64,000 bases of DNA from IMG/VR virus record IMGVR_UViG_3300043429_000511, positions 1 to 64,000 of that record; one strand, given 5' to 3'. The notes beneath the pieces are model-generated. The model was not told where the DNA came from and made no database searches. It saw nothing but the letters and a program-made list of their open reading frames with translations. The number at the start of each line of letters is the position of its first letter. Within the stretch, counting starts at the first letter, position 1. The translations under genes were made by a program, and so were the position numbers. Of this stretch, positions 18,066-27,268 are shown in pieces. The DNA is from a virus (lineage: Duplodnaviria > Heunggongvirae > Uroviricota > Caudoviricetes).

Positions 18066-18307
18066 TAATATTTGTTCTTTTCTGATTTACTTAACTCTTT
18101 TAAAACCTCAACACTTCCTTTCAAATTTTCAAAATCAATATCTCTTTCTAAATGTTGAACGTTTATCTTTGTTGCAAGTACTTCTTGTAATGTTTTTTTA
18201 GCTATTGAATCTGCCAATTTTCTTTTTTGTTTGGTGGTATCAACACCTAACAAAGGTGCTTCAAACTCAACTTCTAATTCTAATTTAATTCTGTATTTGA
18301 ATAACAT
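18065..18307 (-). CDS. hypothetical protein
   Basis: 80-aa ORF with canonical promoter upstream. Confidence 0.45.
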   Translation of the reverse strand: MLFKYRIKLELEVEFEAPLLGVDTTKQKRKLADSIAKKTLQEVLATKINVQHLERDIDFENLKGSVEVLKELSKSEKNKY

Positions 18308-18311
18308 AGTG

Positions 18312-18342
18312 TAAAGTTATTATATTTTTGGAATATTCCAAA
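18312..18342 (-). promoter_or_regulatory. Bacteroidota-type promoter with perfect palindrome TTTGGAATATTCCAAA
   Basis: minus-strand reading TTTG-N19-TAacTTTA-N4-ATG upstream of 18307. Confidence 0.55.
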
Positions 18343-18618
18343 TTATTTTCGAACAATATTAATCATAATTCCTGCTAACCCTGAAGAAACGGTATAGGAA
18401 TTAAATCGGTTATCGTTTATCCAACCGAAGTCCTTGAATCTGAATATGATATGCTGTTTCCCTTCAAAATTGGCGTAGATTGCGTTATCCGCATAATCGA
18501 TAGAAGGTTGCAGTATAAACCCCATTTTCCAACTCTCTCTAAACTCTTCTTCTAATTCGTCAGGAGTGATTAGTATCGTCATAAGTGTCGTCGTTTTCCG
18601 TGAATCTATAATGTTCAA
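18343..18618 (-). CDS. hypothetical protein
   Basis: 91-aa ORF. Confidence 0.4.
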   Translation of the reverse strand: MNIIDSRKTTTLMTILITPDELEEEFRESWKMGFILQPSIDYADNAIYANFEGKQHIIFRFKDFGWINDNRFNSYTVSSGLAGIMINIVRK

Positions 18619-18889
18619 TGGTCAATAAATCTGAAGTAATATCAAAACCCCAACCATCAGGATATTCACTAGTACCTGTATGTGTTCTACCATTACAGGT
18701 TATTGATTTCACAACGACAACAAAGTTATCGGGAAAATGATTTAGGAAGTCATAGATACCTCTGTATTGTTCGGTAACTATGAAATGGTCTAACCCATCT
18801 AAATTTACATTAGTGTCATATATCCAACTTGGAGAAGAGTCTAAATCTAATCCGGTACTTCTCCCTGAAAAAAATTTAAAACTTCTCAT
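18560..18889 (-). CDS. FKFF-motif family protein (start placed at internal MRSFKFFSGR)
   Basis: family motif lies at residue 33 of the longer ORF 18560..18985. Confidence 0.4.
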   Translation of the reverse strand: MRSFKFFSGRSTGLDLDSSPSWIYDTNVNLDGLDHFIVTEQYRGIYDFLNHFPDNFVVVVKSITCNGRTHTGTSEYPDGWGFDITSDLLTIEHYRFTENDDTYDDTNHS

Positions 18890-19034
18890 AGAAAAAATAT
18901 AAGAAATAAAATTTAAAATTCCAAAAGATACTATGAAAAGAATGAATATTTTATAATGTAGTAAAGTATAGTACCACCGGTCCAAAATACTAAACCACCG
19001 ATACCTACTGCGATAATAAGTGCAATGATTCTTG

Positions 19035-19730
19035 CTACTTTATCTGTTTTGCTTGAGTCCATATTTCTATAATTTTATATAAGTCGTTAGCCAAATCCTT
19101 ATGTCCGTCCTCTGAATAGTGACCATCCTCCATCACACCCAATGTCTCAATTGTGAGTGTTTCATATTCGTGTAATGGAATCACATTTTCAAAAAAACTA
19201 ATGATATTTTCGTCATATTTTCTTTGAATATTCATATTCGAAAAATACCAAAATATTGAGAAGATATCTTCACCACAAACCTTTTTTATTATTTTGGTGT
19301 AGTTAGAAACCTCCTTATAATATATACTTGAGGAATTACGATTTACACCAATCTCCTCCAAACTTTTTTCGGACACGAACCTGTTGGGTGATTTACAACC
19401 CGCCTGAATCATAACCTTTTCAAACTTGTTATTATCATCCGCAATTCTAAACCTATTAGGATATGTCCAATTGACTATCACAATGTCACCAGGTCGGATT
19501 TGGTCCATCACCTCAATAAAACTATGAAATATTTCATCATTCGAGTTTCCTGCCGATGCCAATATCTCTAAATCACATTCCAATTTATCCGATATAATCT
19601 CACCATAACACTTCGGTGAATAACCTTTCCAAATGTGGTATCGAACCCTATAATCAATAGGGTCGTAAAGTTTTTGGTCAAAGTCACTGAACTTCTGACT
19701 AAAGGAATCTCCGAATATCCACAGTTTCAT
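19035..19730 (-). CDS. SGNH/GDSL hydrolase
   Basis: LWIFGDSFS (block I), AGNSND (block III), DGHYSEDGH (block V). Confidence 0.7.
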   Translation of the reverse strand: MKLWIFGDSFSQKFSDFDQKLYDPIDYRVRYHIWKGYSPKCYGEIISDKLECDLEILASAGNSNDEIFHSFIEVMDQIRPGDIVIVNWTYPNRFRIADDNNKFEKVMIQAGCKSPNRFVSEKSLEEIGVNRNSSSIYYKEVSNYTKIIKKVCGEDIFSIFWYFSNMNIQRKYDENIISFFENVIPLHEYETLTIETLGVMEDGHYSEDGHKDLANDLYKIIEIWTQAKQIK

Positions 19731-20335
19731 TATAAAGAATGTATTCTCGTTTTTATTTCATTATAAAATTTATCTGCAACTATTTCATTTCCAACCTCAT
19801 CGAACTTATTATCAATTACAGTTGCACCTTTCTCTTCAAAATACTTAACCAAACAAGTTGTTGATTCATTACATAAGTAACTTCTTTTTGCTTTAAATGA
19901 TGGTCTTGCGGGATATATCAACCTATCCTCATCACTTGACCAAAAAAACAAATTATATCTCTTCGATTTCGCAAGTTCATCTAAAATATTTTCATAGTAA
20001 TAAATCTGTTCACACCATTTTTCAGATAACCTATCTCTAACCACATTCTCAATATATGTTGAGTCAATGTGTTCGTCACCTAAATCATTTGGGCTGTAAC
20101 AAATAAACTCATCATTGATTGGTGTTCTAAAATTACAAACATTACCCCAACCAATAATAACAATATCATCACTATGAATCAAATCACATACACCACAGAA
20201 ATCATCAAAGATTTGATAGTTGCAAGTTTTATCTTTTGATAAGTTTTTAACTTGGTATCCTAATTTCTCACCTAATAAAGTTGTCCAACTACTATTACTG
20301 AAACCATCACCAAATACCCACATTACTCTAATCAT
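19730..20335 (-). CDS. SGNH/GDSL hydrolase paralog (possibly lacking block V His)
   Basis: WVFGDGFS; IVIIGW; FFWSSD; C-terminal DEVGNE instead of D..H. Confidence 0.6.
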   Translation of the reverse strand: MIRVMWVFGDGFSNSSWTTLLGEKLGYQVKNLSKDKTCNYQIFDDFCGVCDLIHSDDIVIIGWGNVCNFRTPINDEFICYSPNDLGDEHIDSTYIENVVRDRLSEKWCEQIYYYENILDELAKSKRYNLFFWSSDEDRLIYPARPSFKAKRSYLCNESTTCLVKYFEEKGATVIDNKFDEVGNEIVADKFYNEIKTRIHSL

Positions 20336-21078
20336 AATAAACTCTTTTTTATTTTGGTGGAGATTTCTTTGTAAAAAACTTCCGCCTGAACCCGATGTCC
20401 AATTTCACCAAAATGTAAATCGGGTATTTTACCCTTTGTTTCCATTTCAACGGTTTTTGCACCCTTTTTTCTAATTAGGTGTGCTAATACACCATCAACA
20501 GAATCTGAACAAAGGTACTTTTTTTTATTTTTAAATTCTTTTGGTTCATCGTAGATAATTTTACTATCACTTGACCAAAAAAATATCTCAAAACCTTTGT
20601 GTTTTGAGAGTTCTTCTATTAAATTTTGTCTATCGTAAATTTCTCTTGTATATATTGGATTAGTTCTCTCAACTAAAAGGAAATCTAACGTCTCCGTTGA
20701 CATATGGGTTGAGTTGACGTCACTATTTTTTGTGTGGTTTGGGAGTACTGAGATTAATTTTGGTAGTTGTTTTTCATCATAACTGCTAATCCAAAATCTT
20801 GCGAGTTGCGTCCAACCAATTACCACAATGTCACCCTCATTAATCATTTCACAATTGTCACAGAACGCACCGAAAATATGGTCATTAGAACTACCTCCCA
20901 CTCCTTTATTTTCAACCTCCATACCCAACATCTTACCCAATCTATGTGGCCAAGTTTCAGGTAACGTTCCACCTAACCAATCTCGATATAACATATAGTT
21001 GTTTTTCTCACCATTCATAGAACTCAGTGGATGATATTCTGCGGTGTAACTACAACCAAATGTCCATAACTTATTCAT
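20332..21078 (-). CDS. SGNH/GDSL hydrolase paralog
   Basis: LWTFGCSYT; GGSSND; IFFWSSD; HFGEIGH. Confidence 0.7.
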   Translation of the reverse strand: MNKLWTFGCSYTAEYHPLSSMNGEKNNYMLYRDWLGGTLPETWPHRLGKMLGMEVENKGVGGSSNDHIFGAFCDNCEMINEGDIVVIGWTQLARFWISSYDEKQLPKLISVLPNHTKNSDVNSTHMSTETLDFLLVERTNPIYTREIYDRQNLIEELSKHKGFEIFFWSSDSKIIYDEPKEFKNKKKYLCSDSVDGVLAHLIRKKGAKTVEMETKGKIPDLHFGEIGHRVQAEVFYKEISTKIKKSLL

Positions 21079-21823
21079 TGTAATATCCGTTTCTATATCT
21101 GTTTATGTCTCTTAGAAACATTTCTGACATTACTCTATGACCAACTTCACCATAATGTTCATCATCCGGTAGAATTCTATTAGTCTCTTCGTGAAAACTT
21201 TGTGCACCATATTCACGGAGAAACTTAGTCATATCCGTATTTGCTTCAGGCACTAAACAATTGTATTTGTACTTAAATGAGTTATCTTCTTTGTTGATTA
21301 TTTGTTTATCTGCCGACCAAAAATATAATTCGAATTGCTTAGCAAGACTTAATTCCTTCATTAACTTCATAAAGGAATATATCTCATCACACCAAACAGG
21401 GTTAATTCTGTTAACCAATATTTGTTGCATCACTTTTAAATCATATTGTACGTGGCTATGTGCTTCTGATGGAATAACAGAAACCATTTGATGGTGTCTA
21501 CCCATATTTTTATTGACAATATCGAATCGTTCTTTTCTCGACCATTCGACAATTACCACATCACCTTTTTGAATTCTTTGACAGTTTGCGGAAAATCTGT
21601 TGAATATTCTGTAGTTAGAAAAACCAGGGTACCCCATATTTTCTTTTTCTAACCCTAATTCTCTTGCAACAATTGTGGGCCACACATCATTTATATCACC
21701 ACCTCGGTAATTTCTATATCTGATGTTATTATTTTCAGATTCATCACTTTGACCGGGTTTCAAATATGATGTAAAATCATATTCTGCGGTGAAACTACAT
21801 CCAAATGTCCACAATTTACTCAT
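21071..21823 (-). CDS. SGNH/GDSL hydrolase paralog
   Basis: LWTFGCSFT; YFWSAD; EHYGEVGH. Confidence 0.7.
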   Translation of the reverse strand: MSKLWTFGCSFTAEYDFTSYLKPGQSDESENNNIRYRNYRGGDINDVWPTIVARELGLEKENMGYPGFSNYRIFNRFSANCQRIQKGDVVIVEWSRKERFDIVNKNMGRHHQMVSVIPSEAHSHVQYDLKVMQQILVNRINPVWCDEIYSFMKLMKELSLAKQFELYFWSADKQIINKEDNSFKYKYNCLVPEANTDMTKFLREYGAQSFHEETNRILPDDEHYGEVGHRVMSEMFLRDINRYRNGYYNE

Positions 21824-21837
21824 TACAATATATATCT

Positions 21838-22131
21838 TTAATCTACTTTATGGAATGTCATCTCCTCAACAGGGTAACAATTGCGTAAAGCTAAAACAAA
21901 TGTTTTCAAATGTTTAACACAATCGTTATCAGCTCTCAGTGCTGCATTTGTTAGGTCGTTATTTACTACTGATTGTACAAAGTCACCTCCTTGAAATCCT
22001 ACCTTATCTCTTGTTCTCATCACAGAAACTATGATATCAACGATGTGGTCACTAGCATCAATTGCATATCTCTTTAAAAAGTTTTGTGCTGCTGGATAAT
22101 ACAAATCCTCAGTTGTTTCTACGTTTGTCAT
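21838..22131 (-). CDS. hypothetical protein
   Basis: 97-aa ORF. Confidence 0.4.
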   Translation of the reverse strand: MTNVETTEDLYYPAAQNFLKRYAIDASDHIVDIIVSVMRTRDKVGFQGGDFVQSVVNNDLTNAALRADNDCVKHLKTFVLALRNCYPVEEMTFHKVD

Positions 22132-22406
22132 ATTATTTGTTTTTTTGGAAAATTTTGAACTTCAATCATTAATTCAGTTACCTCATCTTCAGTTAAAAAA
22201 CCAATAGGTCCTACTAATGGTGTGTTATAAACCACATTAGCGTTTTCATCTAATGTAACCAATTCAAATAAACCTTGTTCGGCACCTAAAGAACAAGCGA
22301 AAGACCTTGTTACACTAACTCCCCATTCATTTTCGAACATCAACATTGAATACTGTCCATCTCTATCGTGAGTAAATTCAATGTCTTTAAAAGTTTTATA
22401 ACTCAT
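22128..22406 (-). CDS. hypothetical protein (paralog of 17221..17496)
   Basis: see 17221..17496. Confidence 0.5.
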   Translation of the reverse strand: MSYKTFKDIEFTHDRDGQYSMLMFENEWGVSVTRSFACSLGAEQGLFELVTLDENANVVYNTPLVGPIGFLTEDEVTELMIEVQNFPKKQII

Positions 22407-22618
22407 AATGAATTAACGTGTTTTATATGTTCATCACACGCGTTTATTTTTTCATATAATAACATTCTAACCATTTTACCTAACTCGAAATCATTAGAAC
22501 AATTTAAAATCATTTCTGATTTTAATGTGATTGTTTTTTTGGCATCTTCAGACATTTGAATCATTTGTCTTTTATAGATGTTTTTCTCGTCTTGGGTATT
22601 ATTCTGTGACATTTTCAA
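22403..22618 (-). CDS. hypothetical protein
   Basis: 71-aa ORF. Confidence 0.35.
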   Translation of the reverse strand: MKMSQNNTQDEKNIYKRQMIQMSEDAKKTITLKSEMILNCSNDFELGKMVRMLLYEKINACDEHIKHVNSL

Positions 22619-22940
22619 TCAAGTTAATAGATAATGGTTTAACATATTCAGGTATCAGTTGACCAACTGTACTAACTTTGACGTTAAATTTGTTTGAGAA
22701 CCACTGAGTTAATATTTCAGAAGCCTCGTAATTGTACACATCAAAATTATCAGCAATAAACTCAACATCAGTTTCTAAAACCCAAAGAGTGTTATCTAAA
22801 CCTAATTCGTTTTTAGATTCAAAACACATTCTAAAGTGTTTATTATCCTCGGTTAAGAACTTAGAACTTCCTTTGACTTTTATTTTGTACTTATTAAATC
22901 TCTTATCTAAAGCCTCAAATTCAAGTTTATTCTGATGCAT
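22599..22940 (-). CDS. hypothetical protein
   Basis: 113-aa ORF. Confidence 0.4.
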   Translation of the reverse strand: MHQNKLEFEALDKRFNKYKIKVKGSSKFLTEDNKHFRMCFESKNELGLDNTLWVLETDVEFIADNFDVYNYEASEILTQWFSNKFNVKVSTVGQLIPEYVKPLSINLIENVTE

Positions 22941-23487
22941 ATAGTCTCATATTATTGTATTCAGCAACATCATTATTCTCGGCGATTAAACCATATTCTT
23001 TTCGAACATTTTCATAAATGATGTTGGTTGGTTCATTAATATATTTTGATATGATATTAACAAAACCGTAATTAGATTCATCAACAATTTTTTGTGGTGT
23101 GTTAGGTAATCCACAATATAGTGCCTCACCAACTTCACTAATGAACATTCCTGAATAGAAACCTTTCAAACCAAATAAGTTAACAAACTTATCGGCGTTA
23201 CACCAAATAAACACATTATCTTTCTTTTCTTTTAAAAGTGGTACACAATGTTGGTCAATGATATACCCCGTGTTTCTCCAACCAGAATATTTGAATTGTC
23301 CCACGGAAAAAAGTCCACCAGGACTTCCGTGACCCATCATCATAACTCGGTCGTGTTCGTTGATAAGGTTCATTACGTCCATTTTAGACATACCACCTTT
23401 CACAACAGTCTTATCCACAACGTCTTTGTAGACAATGTCGAGGAAGGATGTGCTCTCATCCTCTGGATGTATAATTAATGTTTTCAT
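22927..23487 (-). CDS. hypothetical protein
   Basis: 186 aa; MMMGHGSPGG and FIWCNADK segments; canonical promoter upstream. Confidence 0.45.
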   Translation of the reverse strand: MKTLIIHPEDESTSFLDIVYKDVVDKTVVKGGMSKMDVMNLINEHDRVMMMGHGSPGGLFSVGQFKYSGWRNTGYIIDQHCVPLLKEKKDNVFIWCNADKFVNLFGLKGFYSGMFISEVGEALYCGLPNTPQKIVDESNYGFVNIISKYINEPTNIIYENVRKEYGLIAENNDVAEYNNMRLYASE

Positions 23488-23491
23488 ATTA

Positions 23492-23522
23492 CAAAGATAA
23501 TAATGTTTTTGAATATTCCAAA
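23492..23522 (-). promoter_or_regulatory. Bacteroidota-type promoter (TTTG-N19-TAtcTTTG-N4-ATG)
   Basis: minus-strand reading upstream of 23487; TTTGGAATATTC extended -33. Confidence 0.55.
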
Positions 23523-23557
23523 AAATATCTAGTATTTTTTATAAAAAAGATATTCCG

Positions 23558-23923
23558 TTATATTCTTTGGAAAACGTCATCAACGATTGAGTCTGCCAAC
23601 TCTTTGTAACCCTCTTCTGTTTTATATCTATCATTGAAGGTTTGGATAGAATGAATTGCGGTTGTGTGGTCTCTACCACTAACCATTTCACCAATACTTT
23701 TCAAAGGGTAAGAAAATTCTTTTCTCATTACCGCACAAAATATGTGTCTTGCGTCACATACTTCTCTTTTTCTTCCTCTTGAAAGAATCTCAGTTACAGT
23801 CACACCGCAATGTTCTGCGACGATACTCATAATTTTTTCAGGGGAAATAAGACTTCTTTTGATTCTCTTCTTTTTAGGTAATAATGTTTGTTTAATACCC
23901 GGATAAACGTAAGGACTAATCAT
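23558..23923 (-). CDS. DnaA C-terminal domain (domain IV)-like HTH DNA-binding protein
   Basis: IMSIVAEHCGVTVTEILSRGRKREVCDARHIFCAVMRKEFSYPLKSIGEMVSGRDHTTAIHS matches DnaA domain IV signature. Confidence 0.65.
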   Translation of the reverse strand: MISPYVYPGIKQTLLPKKKRIKRSLISPEKIMSIVAEHCGVTVTEILSRGRKREVCDARHIFCAVMRKEFSYPLKSIGEMVSGRDHTTAIHSIQTFNDRYKTEEGYKELADSIVDDVFQRI

Positions 23924-23944
23924 TCATTCGTTTTTTATGATTAA

Positions 23945-24445
23945 TTAATATTTGATGTAACTTATACCACCTTGAGTTCCGTTGAGTGAGTTGTTGTATT
24001 TTTTCTGTGCAACATCTCTCGGAATTATTTTAGAATTCTTGTGGTAGATTGCCCATTTCCATTCTTTATCAGGTCTATAACCAGGACCTTTCCAATGGTG
24101 ATGTAATGATTTAGAATAACTTTCTAATCTTATAACCGTACCCTCTAAAACACTATTTTCAGATACTTCAAGATACGGCATTCCTTCATATAATTTTGTT
24201 TTATTTGGACAATTATACATAACCGCATAACCACAAGAAACTGATACTTCTAAATCTGCATCACTTCTTGCTGAAATCAAAAGTGCAATATCTGTTGGTG
24301 CTTTTAATTCCTTCTTAACTTTTGATTCGTACTCAATAAGTCTAGCAAGATTGGAACCAAACTTCTTCATTGCCGCTTGTGGTGAATCAAAGATATCAGT
24401 ACAGATACCTTCTTTTAATTGTACTTTATATTGTTTAACTTGCAT
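23945..24445 (-). CDS. hypothetical protein
   Basis: 166-aa ORF. Confidence 0.45.
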   Translation of the reverse strand: MQVKQYKVQLKEGICTDIFDSPQAAMKKFGSNLARLIEYESKVKKELKAPTDIALLISARSDADLEVSVSCGYAVMYNCPNKTKLYEGMPYLEVSENSVLEGTVIRLESYSKSLHHHWKGPGYRPDKEWKWAIYHKNSKIIPRDVAQKKYNNSLNGTQGGISYIKY

Positions 24446-24456
24446 AATATATTTGT

Positions 24457-25539
24457 TTAAAGTGAGCCTGAACGGAATGTTTGAGGTTGGTTTTCTCTAT
24501 CTTCATATTGACGTTCTTCATTTCTTTCTTCGAGTTCACCCATCAATCTTCTTTCTCTTATTCTTCTTTCTTCATTTCTTCTTTCAATTGCTTGACTAAA
24601 AGGGTTTAATCTATCTTGTCTCTCTTCTTGGACCGGTTCTTCCATAACTGGAGATGGTTCTTCCATTGAAACAGTTTCTCTTAACTCTTCTCCTATGGGA
24701 GATGGTGCGTCGAACAAATCTGATTTACTTTTCATTAATTTATCTTCGATTACCCTTTGTTCATCGGACAATAAAAATCTATTTGTTTTTGCTTTCTTCT
24801 CTTTAGAAACAGATTGAATCAAGAGTCTAATCTCATCAGTCAATTCAGTATCTAATGAATCAATTCTACTATCTTTTTGATTCCAAAAAGAAAACTCAGG
24901 GTCATTTTTATCTAAAGAATAAAAACTTGCAACTTTATATCCCGTTACTTTGTTAATACAATATATTAATACTCCTTTAGACGAATACTTAATAAAATAT
25001 TCAGGATTACCTTCAGATGTTGTGCACCATTTAGTATTTGAACCATACTTTTTAGATGCTAAGTATGTTAATGGTCTAACAATTAACCACTCGTCAGTGT
25101 CCATTAGTTTAACTATTTGGGTTTCCATCTGTTTTGTGGTGACTTTCATTTCAGCCATACTCAATTGATTTAAAACATCTTCAAATGATTTATACTTACT
25201 TAAATCATTTTGTGAAATTAAACCTCTTTCATTGTATTCACAAAACTTTCTAAAACTTCTTAAATCTTCAAAATTAAAGAACGCGTCAAGAAATCTAAAC
25301 ATTAATAAAACTTGAATGTCAGAAAAATTATTCAAATCCTCCATTCGAATGAAATCAAATTTATTAATCAATGATGTTTTGATTTCAAGTATGTGTTCAT
25401 CTAATGAACTGGTGTTTCTCATTAATCTTAGTAACGTGTCTGTGTACTTTGATTTCTTTTCAGGACTGAACAGCTCTAAAACATCTATTAAATTTAAGAC
25501 ATTTTGTGTATCAGTTTTTAGTTCTTTTATCTTTGACAT
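24457..25539 (-). CDS. hypothetical protein with Glu/Arg-rich C-terminus
   Basis: 360 aa; EERRIRERR repeats. Confidence 0.5.
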   Translation of the reverse strand: MSKIKELKTDTQNVLNLIDVLELFSPEKKSKYTDTLLRLMRNTSSLDEHILEIKTSLINKFDFIRMEDLNNFSDIQVLLMFRFLDAFFNFEDLRSFRKFCEYNERGLISQNDLSKYKSFEDVLNQLSMAEMKVTTKQMETQIVKLMDTDEWLIVRPLTYLASKKYGSNTKWCTTSEGNPEYFIKYSSKGVLIYCINKVTGYKVASFYSLDKNDPEFSFWNQKDSRIDSLDTELTDEIRLLIQSVSKEKKAKTNRFLLSDEQRVIEDKLMKSKSDLFDAPSPIGEELRETVSMEEPSPVMEEPVQEERQDRLNPFSQAIERRNEERRIRERRLMGELEERNEERQYEDRENQPQTFRSGSL

Positions 25540-25590
25540 TATTAAAAAGTTTTTAATAAAAATATAGAGTTTTTATTTTAAAATAACAAA

Positions 25591-26079
25591 TTATTTGATG
25601 TTATTTGTTCTATCCCATTTAGCTTTTCTTGCTTCTGGTGATAACATATGACTCTCATCAATTGTATGAGGGATTTGAACTCTTACACACGTTTGCGGTA
25701 ATCTACTATTCATAAAATAATTGTTGATGTAGCCCATCATATTTGCAGAGCCTATTGGGTTCGCGGAGTGGATATAAATCTGTGGTAGTGGTATGTTTTT
25801 ATTCATACTCTCAGCAACTAACCACTTACAACAATCATAACCTGTTTTCTCATTAACTATATTGTCATAGTTTAATGTGTAGTTATTTTTTACGTTTGTA
25901 TAATATTCAACCATTGACAGTTCACCTAAGTCGTGGTCCAATGATATAACTTCATAGTTCTCTAAACCATTCAGTCTTATATGACTAACAAACTCATCAT
26001 AGTTTCTTACTACTTTCCAATCACCTTCTGTTGGTGTTCTTACATCATCAAGATATAAGTAAATTTTATTTTTATTCAT
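25591..26079 (-). CDS. hypothetical protein
   Basis: 162-aa ORF. Confidence 0.45.
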   Translation of the reverse strand: MNKNKIYLYLDDVRTPTEGDWKVVRNYDEFVSHIRLNGLENYEVISLDHDLGELSMVEYYTNVKNNYTLNYDNIVNEKTGYDCCKWLVAESMNKNIPLPQIYIHSANPIGSANMMGYINNYFMNSRLPQTCVRVQIPHTIDESHMLSPEARKAKWDRTNNIK

Positions 26080-27268
26080 CTTTTTTAAATGGTTTTGAAT
26101 ATTTTGGATATAGATTTTTCCAAATCAAATCCGAGTAATCTTTATTATCTAACATTCTAAATAGAAGTGCCTGCAAATCTAATTTTTGTTCTTTAATTTT
26201 TAATGCAGATTCTTTTCTTGTCATTTCAGGTTTAATAATGTTCATAAATGTTAACTGACACATTGTGTCGGTTATTCGATACATTTCCAAGAACTTACTT
26301 TCCTCACCCTTTACCCAATCATAGAATTCATCTGGTACTTTATCCAATATTTCATCGAGTGGTTTACCTGCTCTTAGATATTCCCATATGTCACGATTGG
26401 ATACATTAGTTAAAATTCTATGAAGTCGTTTATACTCTTCTCCTTTGATTTTCATACGAAAACCATTCTTGAAACGAACAACATATCCCTCTCTATCCTT
26501 TGATATCTCCTCCTTCAACAAATCATAACCTTCTCCCCAAGTTTTATATAACATAACAACACGAAATCCAATATTGGAAATCATATTTTGAAATCGAATG
26601 TCTTCATCGCTGTTATGAATATCAACTTCATTACCTGATTTTGTTTCAATCATTCCTAACAAAACAATATCTTCATAATCATATTCACACACTATTCTAT
26701 TCTCTTTGTAAATTATCTCAAACAAATATGTGTAACCCTTGTGTAGTCTTTCGAAATCATATCTATCTAAAAGTTCTTTTCCTTTAATTGCTTGTGACGA
26801 TGTAAATGACCCACGAGTTGCCATAATCCATTCACCTTTTATTTTAGGTGTTGGTTCATAATATGGATTATCAAAATCAGGTAAGTTCTTTGGGTCAAAA
26901 AACTTTTCCATACCTGTTTCATAATTGTTATTAAACCATATGTTGTATCTTCTTTCGTCACTCAATTCATATTCATAATAAAAAAGAATACCTAATGACC
27001 CATCCATTTTTTCATAAACCTCAAAAAATTCGTTTGGTAAATCTTCAGGTTTATGTTCTTCGTAGTTAAAGAATTTCTTAAATGGTCTTGCAACAATATC
27101 ACCTTTAGAATTGGTAACCAATCCGCGACATTGAATTGTAACATCATCCCACAACTTTTCATATTGAACTCTTGGACTATAATTCCAAATAGTTAAATCG
27201 AGAGTTGGGTGAGTCTGTTTATGTAACAACCCATCTTTATGATATTTTTCTAATGTCTCTAATTTCAT
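26072..27268 (-). CDS. RNA ligase 1 (T4 RnlA-like)
   Basis: IQCRGLV...ARPFKKFFNYEE and EKMDGSL (KxDG motif I) align to T4 Rnl1 ALECRGIMF...SRPMEKFFNLNE / TKEDGSL. Confidence 0.75.
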   Translation of the reverse strand: MKLETLEKYHKDGLLHKQTHPTLDLTIWNYSPRVQYEKLWDDVTIQCRGLVTNSKGDIVARPFKKFFNYEEHKPEDLPNEFFEVYEKMDGSLGILFYYEYELSDERRYNIWFNNNYETGMEKFFDPKNLPDFDNPYYEPTPKIKGEWIMATRGSFTSSQAIKGKELLDRYDFERLHKGYTYLFEIIYKENRIVCEYDYEDIVLLGMIETKSGNEVDIHNSDEDIRFQNMISNIGFRVVMLYKTWGEGYDLLKEEISKDREGYVVRFKNGFRMKIKGEEYKRLHRILTNVSNRDIWEYLRAGKPLDEILDKVPDEFYDWVKGEESKFLEMYRITDTMCQLTFMNIIKPEMTRKESALKIKEQKLDLQALLFRMLDNKDYSDLIWKNLYPKYSKPFKKDE

